Shown piece after piece: positions 19,976 through 31,152 of a stretch of 64,000 bases of DNA; the first letter of the stretch is position 1; each line of letters starts with the position of its first letter. Location of the stretch: positions 5,326 to 69,325 of the forward strand of contig CAVUYQ010000034.1 of assembly GCA_963745765.1 (NCBI GenBank), written 5' to 3'. Position numbers and translations under genes: made by a program. The notes beneath the pieces were generated by a model that was not told where the DNA came from, did not search any database, and saw only the letters and a program-made list of their open reading frames with translations. This DNA comes from an uncultured delta proteobacterium (GTDB lineage: Bacteria; Desulfobacterota; Desulfobulbia; Desulfobulbales; Desulfocapsaceae).

Positions 19976-21253
19976 ATGTCAAAATTAGTTGCACCCCATG
20001 GTGGTAAAGGTTTGGTTTGTGCCTTGCTCGAAGGCGCAGAACGTGATGCAGAATTGAAGAAAGCTGCCGGCCTCAAGCAGATCGAGATTTCCGCCCGCAC
20101 CAAGGGCGATCTCATCATGATGGGAATCGGCGGTTTCAGCCCGTTGACCGGTTTCATGAAAAAGGCGGACTGGAAGGGTGTCTGCGAGAATTTCCAGATG
20201 GCCGATGGAACCTTCTGGCCGGTGCCGATCACCCTCGACGTTACTGCTGCTGATGCTGCGGGAATAAAGGTAGGCGACGAAATTGCTCTCGTAAGAAAAG
20301 GTGAGACCTTCGCTACCATGAAGATCGAAGAAAAGTACGAGATGACCGATGCCGACAAGAGATGGGAATGCGAAAAAGTATTCATGGGTGAAGGCGACGA
20401 GTCTGTCGGCGGCAAATTCTGGGAGATCGCCCCAAAAGATCATCCGGGCGTCATCATGGTCATGGCCCAGAACGAGTTCAACCTCGCCGGTCCGGTAAAA
20501 GTTCTCTCAGAAGGCGAGTATCCGAAAGAGTATCCGGGCATCTACATGCGTCCTGCGGAAACCCGTGCGATGTTTGAAGAGCGCGGCTGGGCCAACGTTG
20601 CCGCACTGCAGCTGCGTAACCCGATGCACCGTTCCCATGAGTATCTTGCCAAGATCGCCGTCGAGGTATGTGACGGTGTCCTGATCCATTCTCTGATCGG
20701 TAACCTGAAGCCTGGTGATATTCCTGCAAAGGTTCGTATCAAGGCAATTGACATTCTTATCGAGAATTATTTCGTCAAAGAAAACGTCTATTCCGCCGGG
20801 TATCCGCTTGATATGCGTTACGCCGGTCCCCGTGAAGGCCTTCTGCATGCCACCTTCCGCCAGAACTACGGTGTCAACAATATGCTGATCGGTCGCGATC
20901 ACGCCGGTGTTGGTGATTTCTATAGTCTCTTCGAGGCCCAGGAAATCTTTGATCGCATCCCCGTAACCGGCGATGATGCCAAAGACCTGCTCTGCAAGCC
21001 GATGAAGATCGACTGGACTTTCTATTGCTACGAGTGCGACGGTATGGCTTCCCTGCGTACCTGTCCCCACAAGAAAGAGTCCCGCGTTATCCTCTCGGGC
21101 ACCAAACTTCGTAAGGCGCTTTCCGAGGGTGCTGAGGTTGTCGATCATTTCGGCCGCGAGGAAGTTCTTACCCTCCTGCGTGAATACTACGAAGGTCTTA
21201 CTGAGAAAGTTGAAGTCAAGATGCAGGGTGCCGCTTCAGGCGAGTCCATGTAA
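19976..21253 (+). CDS. sat: sulfate adenylyltransferase (ATP sulfurylase), dissimilatory type
   Basis: 425 aa. [14 protein letters not shown]...[10 protein letters not shown]...[14 protein letters not shown]...HAGVGDFY. Good SD. Confidence 0.95.
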   Translation: MSKLVAPHGGKGLVCALLEGAERDAELKKAAGLKQIEISARTKGDLIMMGIGGFSPLTGFMKKADWKGVCENFQMADGTFWPVPITLDVTAADAAGIKVGDEIALVRKGETFATMKIEEKYEMTDADKRWECEKVFMGEGDESVGGKFWEIAPKDHPGVIMVMAQNEFNLAGPVKVLSEGEYPKEYPGIYMRPAETRAMFEERGWANVAALQLRNPMHRSHEYLAKIAVEVCDGVLIHSLIGNLKPGDIPAKVRIKAIDILIENYFVKENVYSAGYPLDMRYAGPREGLLHATFRQNYGVNNMLIGRDHAGVGDFYSLFEAQEIFDRIPVTGDDAKDLLCKPMKIDWTFYCYECDGMASLRTCPHKKESRVILSGTKLRKALSEGAEVVDHFGREEVLTLLREYYEGLTEKVEVKMQGAASGESM

Positions 21254-21277
21254 CAACGGCTTTTATCACGTCTCTGA

Positions 21278-21317
21278 AAGGAGATGCTGCCTTTTGGCGG
21301 TATCTCCTTTTTTTTTG
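21278..21317 (+). terminator. rho-independent terminator after sat
   Basis: Stem AGGAGAT (21279..21285) pairs with ATCTCCT (21302..21308), followed by a T8 run. Confidence 0.75.
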
Positions 21318-21406
21318 CCCGATAATCCTTTATTTTCTATACAGCACTTTATCAGCCCGGGTAGTCGTAACGCTGCCTGATGATGCAAAAGCACAAAGGA
21401 GATCAC

Positions 21407-22489
21407 ATGACTGTATTATCGGTGGGCCTCGGCACGAGAAGTTATCATATCACCATAGAACACGGCTGCCTTGACAGAATAGGAGCGATCCTTGCCTCCG
21501 ATCATCCGGCCAGCAGCTATTGTATTGTTGCCGATGATACCGTGGCAGAGCTCTATGGCAAGCGTCTGCTGCAGGCGGTACGTGAGCATGGACTTGCCTG
21601 TGACCTGCTCAGTTTCGCCCATGGTGAGGCCAGCAAGAACCTGAATACGGTAGCTGCGCTCGCCAGTGGCGCAGCCAGGCTTGGGCTGGACCGGAAAAGC
21701 ATGATTCTTGCTCTTGGCGGCGGGGTGAGCGGCGATATCGCCGGGTTTCTTGCCTCCTCTTATATGCGCGGTATTCCGTTTATACAGATACCCACAACGC
21801 TTCTGGCCCAGGTGGACAGTTCCGTGGGCGGAAAAACCGGGGTCGATATTCCTGAAGGTAAAAATCTGTTCGGTTCCTTTTATCAGCCGCTTGCCGTCTA
21901 TATTGATCCTTCTGTGCTTGGCAGCCTTCCTGAAGAACAATACCTCAACGGTATGGCTGAGGTGATCAAGCACGGAATTATCAGGGATGAAAATTATTTC
22001 AACTTCCTGCGCGATGAATTTGATTCAATCATGGCCCTTGAGCCGAAGACGCTCACGGAGTTGATTTACATAAGCTGCCGGATCAAGGCCGAGGTGGTGG
22101 CTGCGGATGAACAGGAGTCAAATATCCGGAGAATCCTTAATTTTGGCCATACCATCGGGCATGGTGTTGAGGCTGCGTCATCTTTTTCTATCCTGCATGG
22201 TTTTGCTGTTTCCATCGGTATGATTGCGGCAGCCCGTATCGCTGTCATGAGATCGGTACTTCAACCAGCGCGACTCGAGCAAATAATCTCGTTGTTACAT
22301 CGCTATAAATTACCGACGGAAATACCTGCAGATCTTGACCGGTCTTTGATAAAATCCTATCTTCTGACAGATAAAAAGCGTATTGCCGGCAAAACCTCTT
22401 ACGTGTTGCCGAAGCGTATTGGAGAGATGGTTATCACCGATCAGGTGAGTCCGGAAGAGATTGAGGCGGTACTTAGTTATCATCCGTAA
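21407..22489 (+). CDS. aroB: 3-dehydroquinate synthase
   Basis: GGGVSGDIAGF...IPTTLLAQVDSSVGGKTGVD...NFGHTIGH. SD AAGGAG lies 7 nt upstream of the ATG at 21407 (the ORF opens at 21380). Confidence 0.93.
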   Translation: MTVLSVGLGTRSYHITIEHGCLDRIGAILASDHPASSYCIVADDTVAELYGKRLLQAVREHGLACDLLSFAHGEASKNLNTVAALASGAARLGLDRKSMILALGGGVSGDIAGFLASSYMRGIPFIQIPTTLLAQVDSSVGGKTGVDIPEGKNLFGSFYQPLAVYIDPSVLGSLPEEQYLNGMAEVIKHGIIRDENYFNFLRDEFDSIMALEPKTLTELIYISCRIKAEVVAADEQESNIRRILNFGHTIGHGVEAASSFSILHGFAVSIGMIAAARIAVMRSVLQPARLEQIISLLHRYKLPTEIPADLDRSLIKSYLLTDKKRIAGKTSYVLPKRIGEMVITDQVSPEEIEAVLSYHP

Positions 22490-22526
22490 GGCGGTTTAAG
22501 AAATAACAGCACAGGAATATCAGACG

Positions 22527-23062
22527 ATGCCGATTTATGAATTTTATTGTCAGGACTGCAACACCATCTTCAGCTTTTACTCACGAAAGATCGATACGGA
22601 TCACCAGGCCATCCTGCCCGCGCTGTAACCGGGCCGGTCTTCAGCGTCAGGTGTCGATGTTTGCAACCTATTGGCAGGGCGAGTGAAGAAGAAGGAAAAT
22701 TGGGAGGACTTGATGAGAGTAAAATGGAACAGGCGCTCGAAGCACTGATGCGCGAGTCAGAAGGGATCAACGAGGATAATCCACGGCAGATGGCAGAGCT
22801 GATGCGTAAATTCACGGACAGAACCGGTATTAACCTCGGGGACAATATGGAGGAAGCCATGTCCCGGATGGAAAAAGGCGAAGATCCTGAACAGATCGAG
22901 AGGGAAATGGGGGAGCTTCTCGAGGGTGATGATTTTTCTTTTGACAGCATGAAAAAGAAGGTGATGTCGAAGACGGCCAGACCATCCGTTGATGAAACAC
23001 TGTATGACCTTCACCCGGAAGAGAGCAGCGATGATGATGCAGGGGCTTTTTCGGGTGGATGA
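22527..23062 (+). pseudogene. FmdB-family (CxxC_CxxC) zinc-ribbon protein with acidic tail, 2 frame disruptions
   Basis: MPIYEFYCQDCNTIFSF from the ATG at 22527. The second Cys pair PSCPRCN is in another frame. The remainder (EEEGKLGGLDESKMEQ...) is in ORF 22547..23062. Confidence 0.65.
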
Positions 23063-23072
23063 AGATCCGGAT

Positions 23073-23450
23073 TTAATGAACAGTGGTTGAACCGCCGGTT
23101 CCGTAGAAATGAACGGCGTGATCAGTATCTGTCTTCCGACTGAGGATTTGACGAACTTCTTCCTCCGGGATGCCAAGAGATCTGGCCAGTTGTGAGATGT
23201 CGTAACAGACCATACCGTCGCTGGTGAATTGAGCAGTCTGCAGATCCGGAAAACACTGCTCGGTAGCTTGTCCTGATGCCTGCAGCAGAACAGAAACGAT
23301 TTCCGGGGGGCCATACAGAAGCAGCCACTCGACCGCTTCCGCCCAGAGTTGCGAGTCCACCGTTTTATTCTGAACGATTCTTAAAGCCGTTTCAATATTC
23401 CAGTAATCTTTAAAGTCCATGTGGTATTCCTGCGTTTTTCGGTTATGCAA
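23073..23450 (-). CDS. hypothetical protein
   Basis: 125-aa ORF (likely start MDFKDYWNIETAL at 23420). No recognisable motif. Confidence 0.4.
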   Translation of the reverse strand: MHNRKTQEYHMDFKDYWNIETALRIVQNKTVDSQLWAEAVEWLLLYGPPEIVSVLLQASGQATEQCFPDLQTAQFTSDGMVCYDISQLARSLGIPEEEVRQILSRKTDTDHAVHFYGTGGSTTVH

Positions 23451-23465
23451 AATTCTGATGGCGTC

Positions 23466-23582
23466 GTAAAAACTCTTCGATCTGCTGCGTTGTTGAACTA
23501 TATTTCCATCATTACGACGTACTACCTAGTACGCCGTAATGCATATAAAAATCTACCTACGCCTCGCTTATAAGTTTTTTAC
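23466..23582. repeat. MITE-like repeat, divergent copy F
   Basis: Termini GTAAAAACT / GTTTTTTAC are inverted. Core GATCTGCTGCGTTGTT resembles the ATCTCTGCGTTAT core of copies B and D. Central 13-bp imperfect hairpin at 23512..23539. Confidence 0.45.
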
Positions 23583-23753
23583 CTAGCCATCTTTGGAGTG
23601 CAATAGACTTTTTACGAGTTCATCAAATTCTGCTATACTACTATAATGAATTATCCGGTAACTGCAATCAGTGATGGTCTTTTGCAATCCCCTTCCTGAC
23701 ATTAACCGCATCAGACTGGAAACGGGCGAGATTAAGAATCTGAGGAGGATTTG

Positions 23754-24884
23754 ATGAATAGATTCGACGGTGGGATATTTCTTGAGAATATTGAGTGGTT
23801 CGATGAAACCGGACAGGAACTTGTGCACCGCCTTCCGGAATCGGGTTCAGGGGAAATTAAATTCGGCGCACAGCTCACCGTGCGCGACAGCCAGGCCGCA
23901 GTTTTGTACTACCAGGGAAAAGCGCGGGATGCTTTTGGTCCCGGACGGCATACGCTGAAGACGGCCAACCTGCCCATTATCACCAAAATTCTCTCTGTTC
24001 CCTGGCGTGGCAACAGCCCGCTGCGTGCCGAAGTATACATGGTTAACATGAAGTATTTTCCCAACCTGAAATGGGGGACCCGCAACCCGGTTGCCTTCAG
24101 GGATTCTGAACTCGGTTTGATCCGGATCAGGGCGCACGGCATATTCAATATCCAGGTTGTCCAACCCGTTCTCTTTATAAATTCGCTCGTGGGAACAATG
24201 GCGACCATCAGTACTGAGGAGGTTTCCAGTTACCTGAAACGGGTTATTATATCGCGCTTTAATGATTACCTTGGTGAGAGTCTGGATACTATTCTGAATC
24301 TGCCTGGACAATTTGATGAACTCTCCATTGATCTGCAGAAACGGTTGACACTCGATTTCGCCCATTTCGGTTTGCGACTGAGTGACCTGTTCATCACTTC
24401 CATCACCCCGCCCGAAGAGGTTCAGAAGGCCATCGACGACCAGTCGCGTCTCAATGTCATTGGTGATATGGATAAATTTGTCAGGATGAAAGCCGCTATG
24501 GCCATGGAGAAGGCGGCAGAAAACCAGTCTGAAGCGGGAGCCGGTCTTGGCATGGGTATCGGCATGATGATGCCGGCCATGTTTGGTGGTGCGGGAGCAT
24601 TGTCACCATCTGCCGGCGGAGCAGCCACTCAAAGTGCGACCATCTGCCCGGATTGCCGGAACTCTATCGCTTCAGATTCAAAATTCTGTCCGGTCTGCGG
24701 CCACCAGCTCGTCGTCTTGAGCCAGTGCCATTATTGCAGTAAAAATCTCTCTCCAAATGCCAGGTTCTGTTCACGCTGCGGTAGAGAGACTGAACAAAAA
24801 CCGGAGAAAATACGCTGCCGTGAATGCAATAGTGAAAATCTGCCCGGAGCTTCATTTTGTGATCGGTGCGGGATGAAGCTGTGA
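23754..24884 (+). CDS. SPFH/Band-7 domain protein (COG4260, virion-core-protein-like) with C-terminal zinc ribbons
   Basis: N-terminus FLENIEWFDETGQELVHRLPESGSGEIKFGAQLTVRDSQAAVLYYQGK. C-terminal CPDCRN..CPVCG, CHYCSK..CSRCG, CRECNS..CDRCG. SD GAGGAGG lies 5 nt upstream of the ATG at 23754. Confidence 0.8.
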   Translation: MNRFDGGIFLENIEWFDETGQELVHRLPESGSGEIKFGAQLTVRDSQAAVLYYQGKARDAFGPGRHTLKTANLPIITKILSVPWRGNSPLRAEVYMVNMKYFPNLKWGTRNPVAFRDSELGLIRIRAHGIFNIQVVQPVLFINSLVGTMATISTEEVSSYLKRVIISRFNDYLGESLDTILNLPGQFDELSIDLQKRLTLDFAHFGLRLSDLFITSITPPEEVQKAIDDQSRLNVIGDMDKFVRMKAAMAMEKAAENQSEAGAGLGMGIGMMMPAMFGGAGALSPSAGGAATQSATICPDCRNSIASDSKFCPVCGHQLVVLSQCHYCSKNLSPNARFCSRCGRETEQKPEKIRCRECNSENLPGASFCDRCGMKL

Positions 24885-24892
24885 TATAGGAT

Positions 24893-26140
24893 ATGGATAT
24901 AAGAATTAGCCACTCTTGTCCGGCCTGCGGCGCTCCTATCGAGATGAAGGAGGGCGACCGGCTCTGTTCCTGCGGTTTCTGTGATATGCAGAGTTATATC
25001 GTTGCAAATGAACTGCTGCGATTTGTTTTACCAGACAAGATTCCCGATCATATCGACAACAGAGATATCGTCTATTTTCCCTACATGCGCTTCAAGGGTG
25101 CTGTTTTTACCTGCCGGGGCAATACGATCATTGCCAAGATGCTTGACACGACCTTTCAGTGCATAGATGAGCGCATTGCTGCACCGTCGCTCGGGCTCAG
25201 GCCGCAGGCCATGCCGGTGAGCTTTGTCGACCAGCGGTTGGCAGGCCGTTTCCTCAGGCGCAGGGAATCCGAACCGAAATTGTTCCAGAGGGCTGCTCTG
25301 ATGAGCGAGGCCTTCTCCAATCCCGGAGGAGATCCGCCCTATCATCGAGCTTTTATCGGCGAAACAGTGAGTTGTGTTTATCTGCCGCTCTATATCGAGA
25401 ACGGGATGGTCTATGACGGCACAGTGAACAAAAGACTTGGCGCAGCCGGGTCCTGGCTGACACAGGAGATAAACTGGCTTCGCTTCAGGGAAGAATGGCA
25501 ACCCGCTTTTCTGGCAACCCATTGTCCCCAGTGCGGAGCCGCGATGCAGGGGGAGTCTGATGCGCTGGTCATGCATTGTTATAATTGTGAATCATGCTGC
25601 GGCGAAAAAAACGGAAAATTTGTTCCCGTTCCCTATAGGATTGTCTCTTCTGCAAAAAAAGATACGGTTTATCTCCCTTTCTGGCGCATTGCGCTGGAGG
25701 CACGAGGGCTCAATATGCGAAGCCTGGCCGATCTGTTGACGGTGACAAATCAGCCGGTTGTCGTGAACAGCAGGCATAAGGAAAAAAACCTGGAATTATG
25801 GGTTCCAGCCATGAAATTACGACCCAAAATTTTTCTCAGTCTGGCCAAAAACGCCACTCTTTCGCAACTGAAATTTCCAGAAGGGGAAAAGAAAATGGCC
25901 CGACCGTTGTCTCCGGTAACGCTGCCGCTGACCGAGGCCCTGCAGGCCCTGAAATGTGTTGTTGCCGAGATAACGGTACATCGCAAGGAAGTGCTGCCGA
26001 AACTGCCGATCCTGAATTTTGTTGTCAAGCAGACTTCCCTGATGTTTTTGCCGTTTGAGGACACCGGGCATGACCTGGTCCAGTATCATTCAGCCCTGTC
26101 CGTTCCAGCTTCGGTTGTGAAAGCGGGCAGAAATCTGTAA
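24893..26140 (+). CDS. hypothetical protein with two zinc-ribbon-headed repeats
   Basis: CPACGAPIEMKEGDRLCSCGFC...VYFPYMRF and CPQCGAAMQGESDALVMHCYNC...VYLPFWRI indicate an internal duplication. 8-nt gap from the SPFH gene. Confidence 0.6.
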   Translation: MDIRISHSCPACGAPIEMKEGDRLCSCGFCDMQSYIVANELLRFVLPDKIPDHIDNRDIVYFPYMRFKGAVFTCRGNTIIAKMLDTTFQCIDERIAAPSLGLRPQAMPVSFVDQRLAGRFLRRRESEPKLFQRAALMSEAFSNPGGDPPYHRAFIGETVSCVYLPLYIENGMVYDGTVNKRLGAAGSWLTQEINWLRFREEWQPAFLATHCPQCGAAMQGESDALVMHCYNCESCCGEKNGKFVPVPYRIVSSAKKDTVYLPFWRIALEARGLNMRSLADLLTVTNQPVVVNSRHKEKNLELWVPAMKLRPKIFLSLAKNATLSQLKFPEGEKKMARPLSPVTLPLTEALQALKCVVAEITVHRKEVLPKLPILNFVVKQTSLMFLPFEDTGHDLVQYHSALSVPASVVKAGRNL

Positions 26141-26158
26141 CAGCTTGGCAATCGAAAT

Positions 26159-26671
26159 ATGAGCACACGCTCCAGGCATGAAAAATGGATGAGAGCCGCC
26201 CTTGCAGGTGCCGAGGCGGCGCTTGCGCTTGGCGAGTTTCCGGTCGGTTGCGTTATGGTTTTTGAAAACCGCATTGTCTCTGCCGGTAAACGGATAAACA
26301 GTAGAACGGATGGAAACGAACTTGACCACGCAGAAATAGTTGCACTCAGATCTCTTGCATCGCTTTTACCCGGTATTGATTATTCACGGGTTGTGGCATA
26401 TTCAACAATGGAACCATGCCTGATGTGCTTTTCGACCCTGATTCTCAACGGAATCAGGACCATTGTCTACGGGTATGAAGATGTTATGGGAGGAGGAAGT
26501 CACCTGGACCTCAGCATGCTTCCGCCACTTTATCGCGGCATGGAGGTTAAGGTGATTCCCGGCGTATGCCGGCAGGAAAGCCTTGCCATTTTTAAAAAAT
26601 TCTTCCTTGATGAAAATAACCTCTACTGGCAGGATTCATTGCTGGCCCGTTATACCATCACCCAGAACTAA
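26159..26671 (+). CDS. CDA-fold nucleoside/nucleotide deaminase (TadA/guanine-deaminase-like)
   Basis: Zinc-binding motifs HAEIVAL and MEPCLMC. Confidence 0.8.
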   Translation: MSTRSRHEKWMRAALAGAEAALALGEFPVGCVMVFENRIVSAGKRINSRTDGNELDHAEIVALRSLASLLPGIDYSRVVAYSTMEPCLMCFSTLILNGIRTIVYGYEDVMGGGSHLDLSMLPPLYRGMEVKVIPGVCRQESLAIFKKFFLDENNLYWQDSLLARYTITQN

Positions 26672-26699
26672 CTGAAAACGCACTTTATATCATGATACG

Positions 26700-27740
26700 A
26701 TGACTCCTTCATCAGAGAACAGCACGGCCAAAACCGTAGGTTTCGTCGCCGGAGAACGAAACGTTTTTCTGCATATCCTGACCGCCTGCAATCTTTCCTG
26801 CAGCCATTGTTATATCAACCCGAAAGAACATGGATCAAGGATGCTGAGCCGCACTGAGCTGGAATCCTGGATTCGACTATTTGCTGCGCCTGATAAAAGA
26901 ACAAACCTTATTTTTCTCGGCGGAGAGCCGACCATGCATCCGGATCTGGTTCACGGAATAGAGGTGGCGCATGGTTGCGGTTTCACTACAACCGTAGATT
27001 CCAACGGCTATCTGTTTCACGATTTTCTTGATCGGGTGACACCCGATATCCTTGATTACCTGAGTTTCAGTCTTGATGGTCCGGACAGCAGCGTTAATGA
27101 CCCTATCAGGGGAAATGGCGTTTTTTCTGTCTGTACCGGGAACTTGAAAGAAGCGGTGCGTAAGGGGTTTAATACCAGCCTCATCTATACGGTCAGCAGC
27201 AGAAATATCCGCCATCTGCCGCGGATGATCCCGCTATTGTGTGAGCTTGGCGTCAAACGATTCTTTATCCAGGTGATCGGCCTGAGGGGGGCCTCGGCAG
27301 AGCAGAACAGGGGCAATAATGTTTCTTATCAACTCCAGGTCGATCCCGGGCTCTGGCTTGATGTGGTCCCTGAAGTGGCCAGACAGGGCGGTGAGGCTGG
27401 GATCACGGTGATTTATCCCAAGGTCTATCTTTCAGATCGGGAAACCTTTGAATGTGCCGGGAGGGTGGCTGAAAACTTCTTTGTTTTTCCTAACGGCCGG
27501 GTCTATCAGTGCCCGCTTTGCGAAGATTACGGTGTCCATTCCTACGAGATAAGAGATAATCAGCTGATCCATCTGACCGGGTTGACTGAGGAGCGATTTT
27601 TCTCACTGGATATCCCGGAGGGGTGCGTCATGAACAAGCTGCTGCAGCCGGAAACGATCAGCTATGGCCGCGACGGTCAACCCATTCACCGGATATCGTG
27701 CTGTTTATTGAAACAACGGCTTTCTCCGACACGCTGCTAG
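26700..27740 (+). CDS. radical SAM protein with SPASM/twitch-type C-terminal Cys motif
   Basis: CNLSCSHC (CX3CX2C) near the N-terminus. C-terminal C-X13-G-X4-C-X2-C (CAGRVAENFFVFPNGRVYQCPLC). Confidence 0.85.
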   Translation: MTPSSENSTAKTVGFVAGERNVFLHILTACNLSCSHCYINPKEHGSRMLSRTELESWIRLFAAPDKRTNLIFLGGEPTMHPDLVHGIEVAHGCGFTTTVDSNGYLFHDFLDRVTPDILDYLSFSLDGPDSSVNDPIRGNGVFSVCTGNLKEAVRKGFNTSLIYTVSSRNIRHLPRMIPLLCELGVKRFFIQVIGLRGASAEQNRGNNVSYQLQVDPGLWLDVVPEVARQGGEAGITVIYPKVYLSDRETFECAGRVAENFFVFPNGRVYQCPLCEDYGVHSYEIRDNQLIHLTGLTEERFFSLDIPEGCVMNKLLQPETISYGRDGQPIHRISCCLLKQRLSPTRC

Positions 27741-27771
27741 CGATGTTGCTGCTGCAGCCGCTTTGACGGTC

Positions 27772-28527
27772 TCAGTCGCTTTCCTGGTCAGTTTTTTCTA
27801 TTTTCTTTTTTCCGAGCAGGGCGGTCAGAAAAATTCCTGCCTCGTATAGTCCGAAAAGAGGGAAGGCGAGCAGGAGTGTTGCCATGAAATCTCCGGCACT
27901 GAGCAGAAAGGCGAGGATCACGATTGCCCCGTAGAAGTAAAATCTCTTGGTCCTGAAATAAGATGCGGCGACGAGGCCGGCTTTTCCTGCCATGACCATG
28001 AGAAATGGAATCTGGAATGACAAACCGAAGGCGATGATCGTCCTGCCCACGAAGGTGAGATATTGACCAAGTTTTGGCAGTGGTTCCAGGCCGGAATGGG
28101 CATAGCTCATGAAATAAACGAGCATCCTCGGCAGGACACTGAACATGGCGAAGCTGGCACCGCCGATAAAGAGAACACTCGACCAGAAGACGACAGTGAC
28201 GGCAATCTTTTTTTCATGATCGTGCAGTCCGGGAGAGATAAAGCGCCATACCTGATAAAGAAGATAGGGAAAGCTGGTGATGATGCCGATAAGCAACGCA
28301 AGTTTGAGATAGGCGAGAAAGGCCTCCGGAAGATTGGTGTAGACCATCCGGTACACCAGCGGACTGGCCTTGAAGAGAGGCTGAATGAAAAAAAGAGCGA
28401 TCTGTTCAGAAAAATAGTAAGCGACAGCTGAACAGAGGGCTATGGCAATAAAGCACCTGACAAGCCTTTGGCGGAGTTCCTGGTGGTGAGGCCGGAAGAA
28501 GGCGATGCTGCGCTCAAGTGTTGACAT
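27772..28527 (-). CDS. tatC: twin-arginine translocase subunit TatC
   Basis: HHQELRQRLV...YQVWRFISPGLHDHEKK, six TM segments, 251 aa. Confidence 0.92.
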   Translation of the reverse strand: MSTLERSIAFFRPHHQELRQRLVRCFIAIALCSAVAYYFSEQIALFFIQPLFKASPLVYRMVYTNLPEAFLAYLKLALLIGIITSFPYLLYQVWRFISPGLHDHEKKIAVTVVFWSSVLFIGGASFAMFSVLPRMLVYFMSYAHSGLEPLPKLGQYLTFVGRTIIAFGLSFQIPFLMVMAGKAGLVAASYFRTKRFYFYGAIVILAFLLSAGDFMATLLLAFPLFGLYEAGIFLTALLGKKKIEKTDQESD

Positions 28528-28536
28528 GGATGCTGG

Positions 28537-29034
28537 TCAGGAACCTGTTCCCGCCGGTTTGGCAGGATCCGGCGGTTCTTCTGACTGTTCGTCGGAAACA
28601 GTGTCGCCCTCAACGCCCCTTTCTTCGACTTGCTCAGGTTTATCGGAAGCGGTTTGGTTGCTGACGACATAGTCGGCTGAATCCACATCGATAAGGACGG
28701 AGTCGTTTTTATCGCCTTCGGAGGCCGGGACTTCATCATGCTCATCTTCCGCGGTGAGTGCCGCCTTTTCATCGTCATTGCTGTTGCTCCAGATGCCTGA
28801 TCCGGTATCACCGAGTTGCTTCTTGACTGCGTCAGTCATTTCCTCAAGCTCGGGTTTGACTGAATCAAACGGGTTTTCTCCGGCCAAATCCTCTTTCAGG
28901 GTGGAAACGGTCTTTTTCAGCTCAAGCACACCTTTTGCTATGGAACGTGCCAATTCCGGAAGTTTGTCCGGACCGACAACAATAAGTGCCAGTGCCAATA
29001 TAAGAATCATTTCCGGCAGACCGATGCCAAACAT
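28537..29034 (-). CDS. tatB: TatA/TatB-family Tat translocase subunit with long acidic C-terminal tail
   Basis: MFGIGLPEMILILALALIVVGPDKLPELARSIAKG. Sits immediately upstream of tatC. Confidence 0.85.
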   Translation of the reverse strand: MFGIGLPEMILILALALIVVGPDKLPELARSIAKGVLELKKTVSTLKEDLAGENPFDSVKPELEEMTDAVKKQLGDTGSGIWSNSNDDEKAALTAEDEHDEVPASEGDKNDSVLIDVDSADYVVSNQTASDKPEQVEERGVEGDTVSDEQSEEPPDPAKPAGTGS

Positions 29035-29319
29035 ATTGTTCCCCTGAACCTTTGATCAGCACGACGTGCCGTAATATGGATTCATAATCGCGTTTAAATC
29101 AACTTTTTACCAATGAGCATGCAGCAGTTGGATACAAAGTATCTTAACGGCGCCTGCCAATCTATCGCGGAATAAGAATTTAACAGAATAAAATGTATAA
29201 ATCGATATCTATTTCTGGTCCGCTTACTCCATGCCTGGAGGGGCTCCCGTTTTAGTAGCGCTGCTCTTTCAGAGCTTAACAGCGCGGTATAGTATGAAAA
29301 AACGACAAATTTTGCACGA

Positions 29320-29348
29320 TTGACATTACGTGATGTCTTGACTATAAT
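29320..29348 (+). promoter_or_regulatory. consensus sigma70 promoter upstream of purA
   Basis: TTGACA (29320..29325), a 17-nt spacer, then TATAAT (29343..29348). About 85 nt upstream of the purA ATG. Confidence 0.6.
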
Positions 29349-29433
29349 GCTGGAGTTTGACCTTAAGAAAATTAAAGAGCGTTTCCATGTCTGTTTGTAA
29401 TCGCTATTTATCAGTCTATACCAGGAGAAATAG

Positions 29434-30734
<1,301 letters not shown>

Positions 30735-30868
30735 TCCTTCTAGTCGGGGAAAAAGTGATAGTATTCACGTTTTTCTTTTGAAAATACAGGAAAAAAGCCA
30801 TAAGGCGCTGAAAGGACCAGATATCATTGGAGCAAAGGTCCACTGAAACCAAGAGCTACGAGGAAACA

Positions 30869-31135
30869 ATGGCACGTATTACTGTTGAAGATTGTTTGAA
30901 GGAAGTCGGTGACGGAAATCGATTCAACCTTATTCATCTGGCCGTGAAAAGGGTAAAACAGCATCGTCAGGGTGAGCCGTACCTGATAAACGCCAAAAAC
31001 CAGGAAATTGTCATGACGCTCAGAGAGATCGCCGCAGGCAAAGTAACCTTTAAAAACATCAATGAGCTCACTGAGATCAAAGATAATGATTCTGATGATT
31101 TATCAGTTGATAAGCACGAGGGGGCCGAAGCATAA
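30869..31135 (+). CDS. rpoZ: DNA-directed RNA polymerase subunit omega
   Basis: MARITVEDCL...NRFNLIHLAVKRVKQ. SD GAGGAAACA before the ATG at 30869. Confidence 0.88.
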   Translation: MARITVEDCLKEVGDGNRFNLIHLAVKRVKQHRQGEPYLINAKNQEIVMTLREIAAGKVTFKNINELTEIKDNDSDDLSVDKHEGAEA

Positions 31136-31152
31136 GGCCTTGTCTATGTGAG

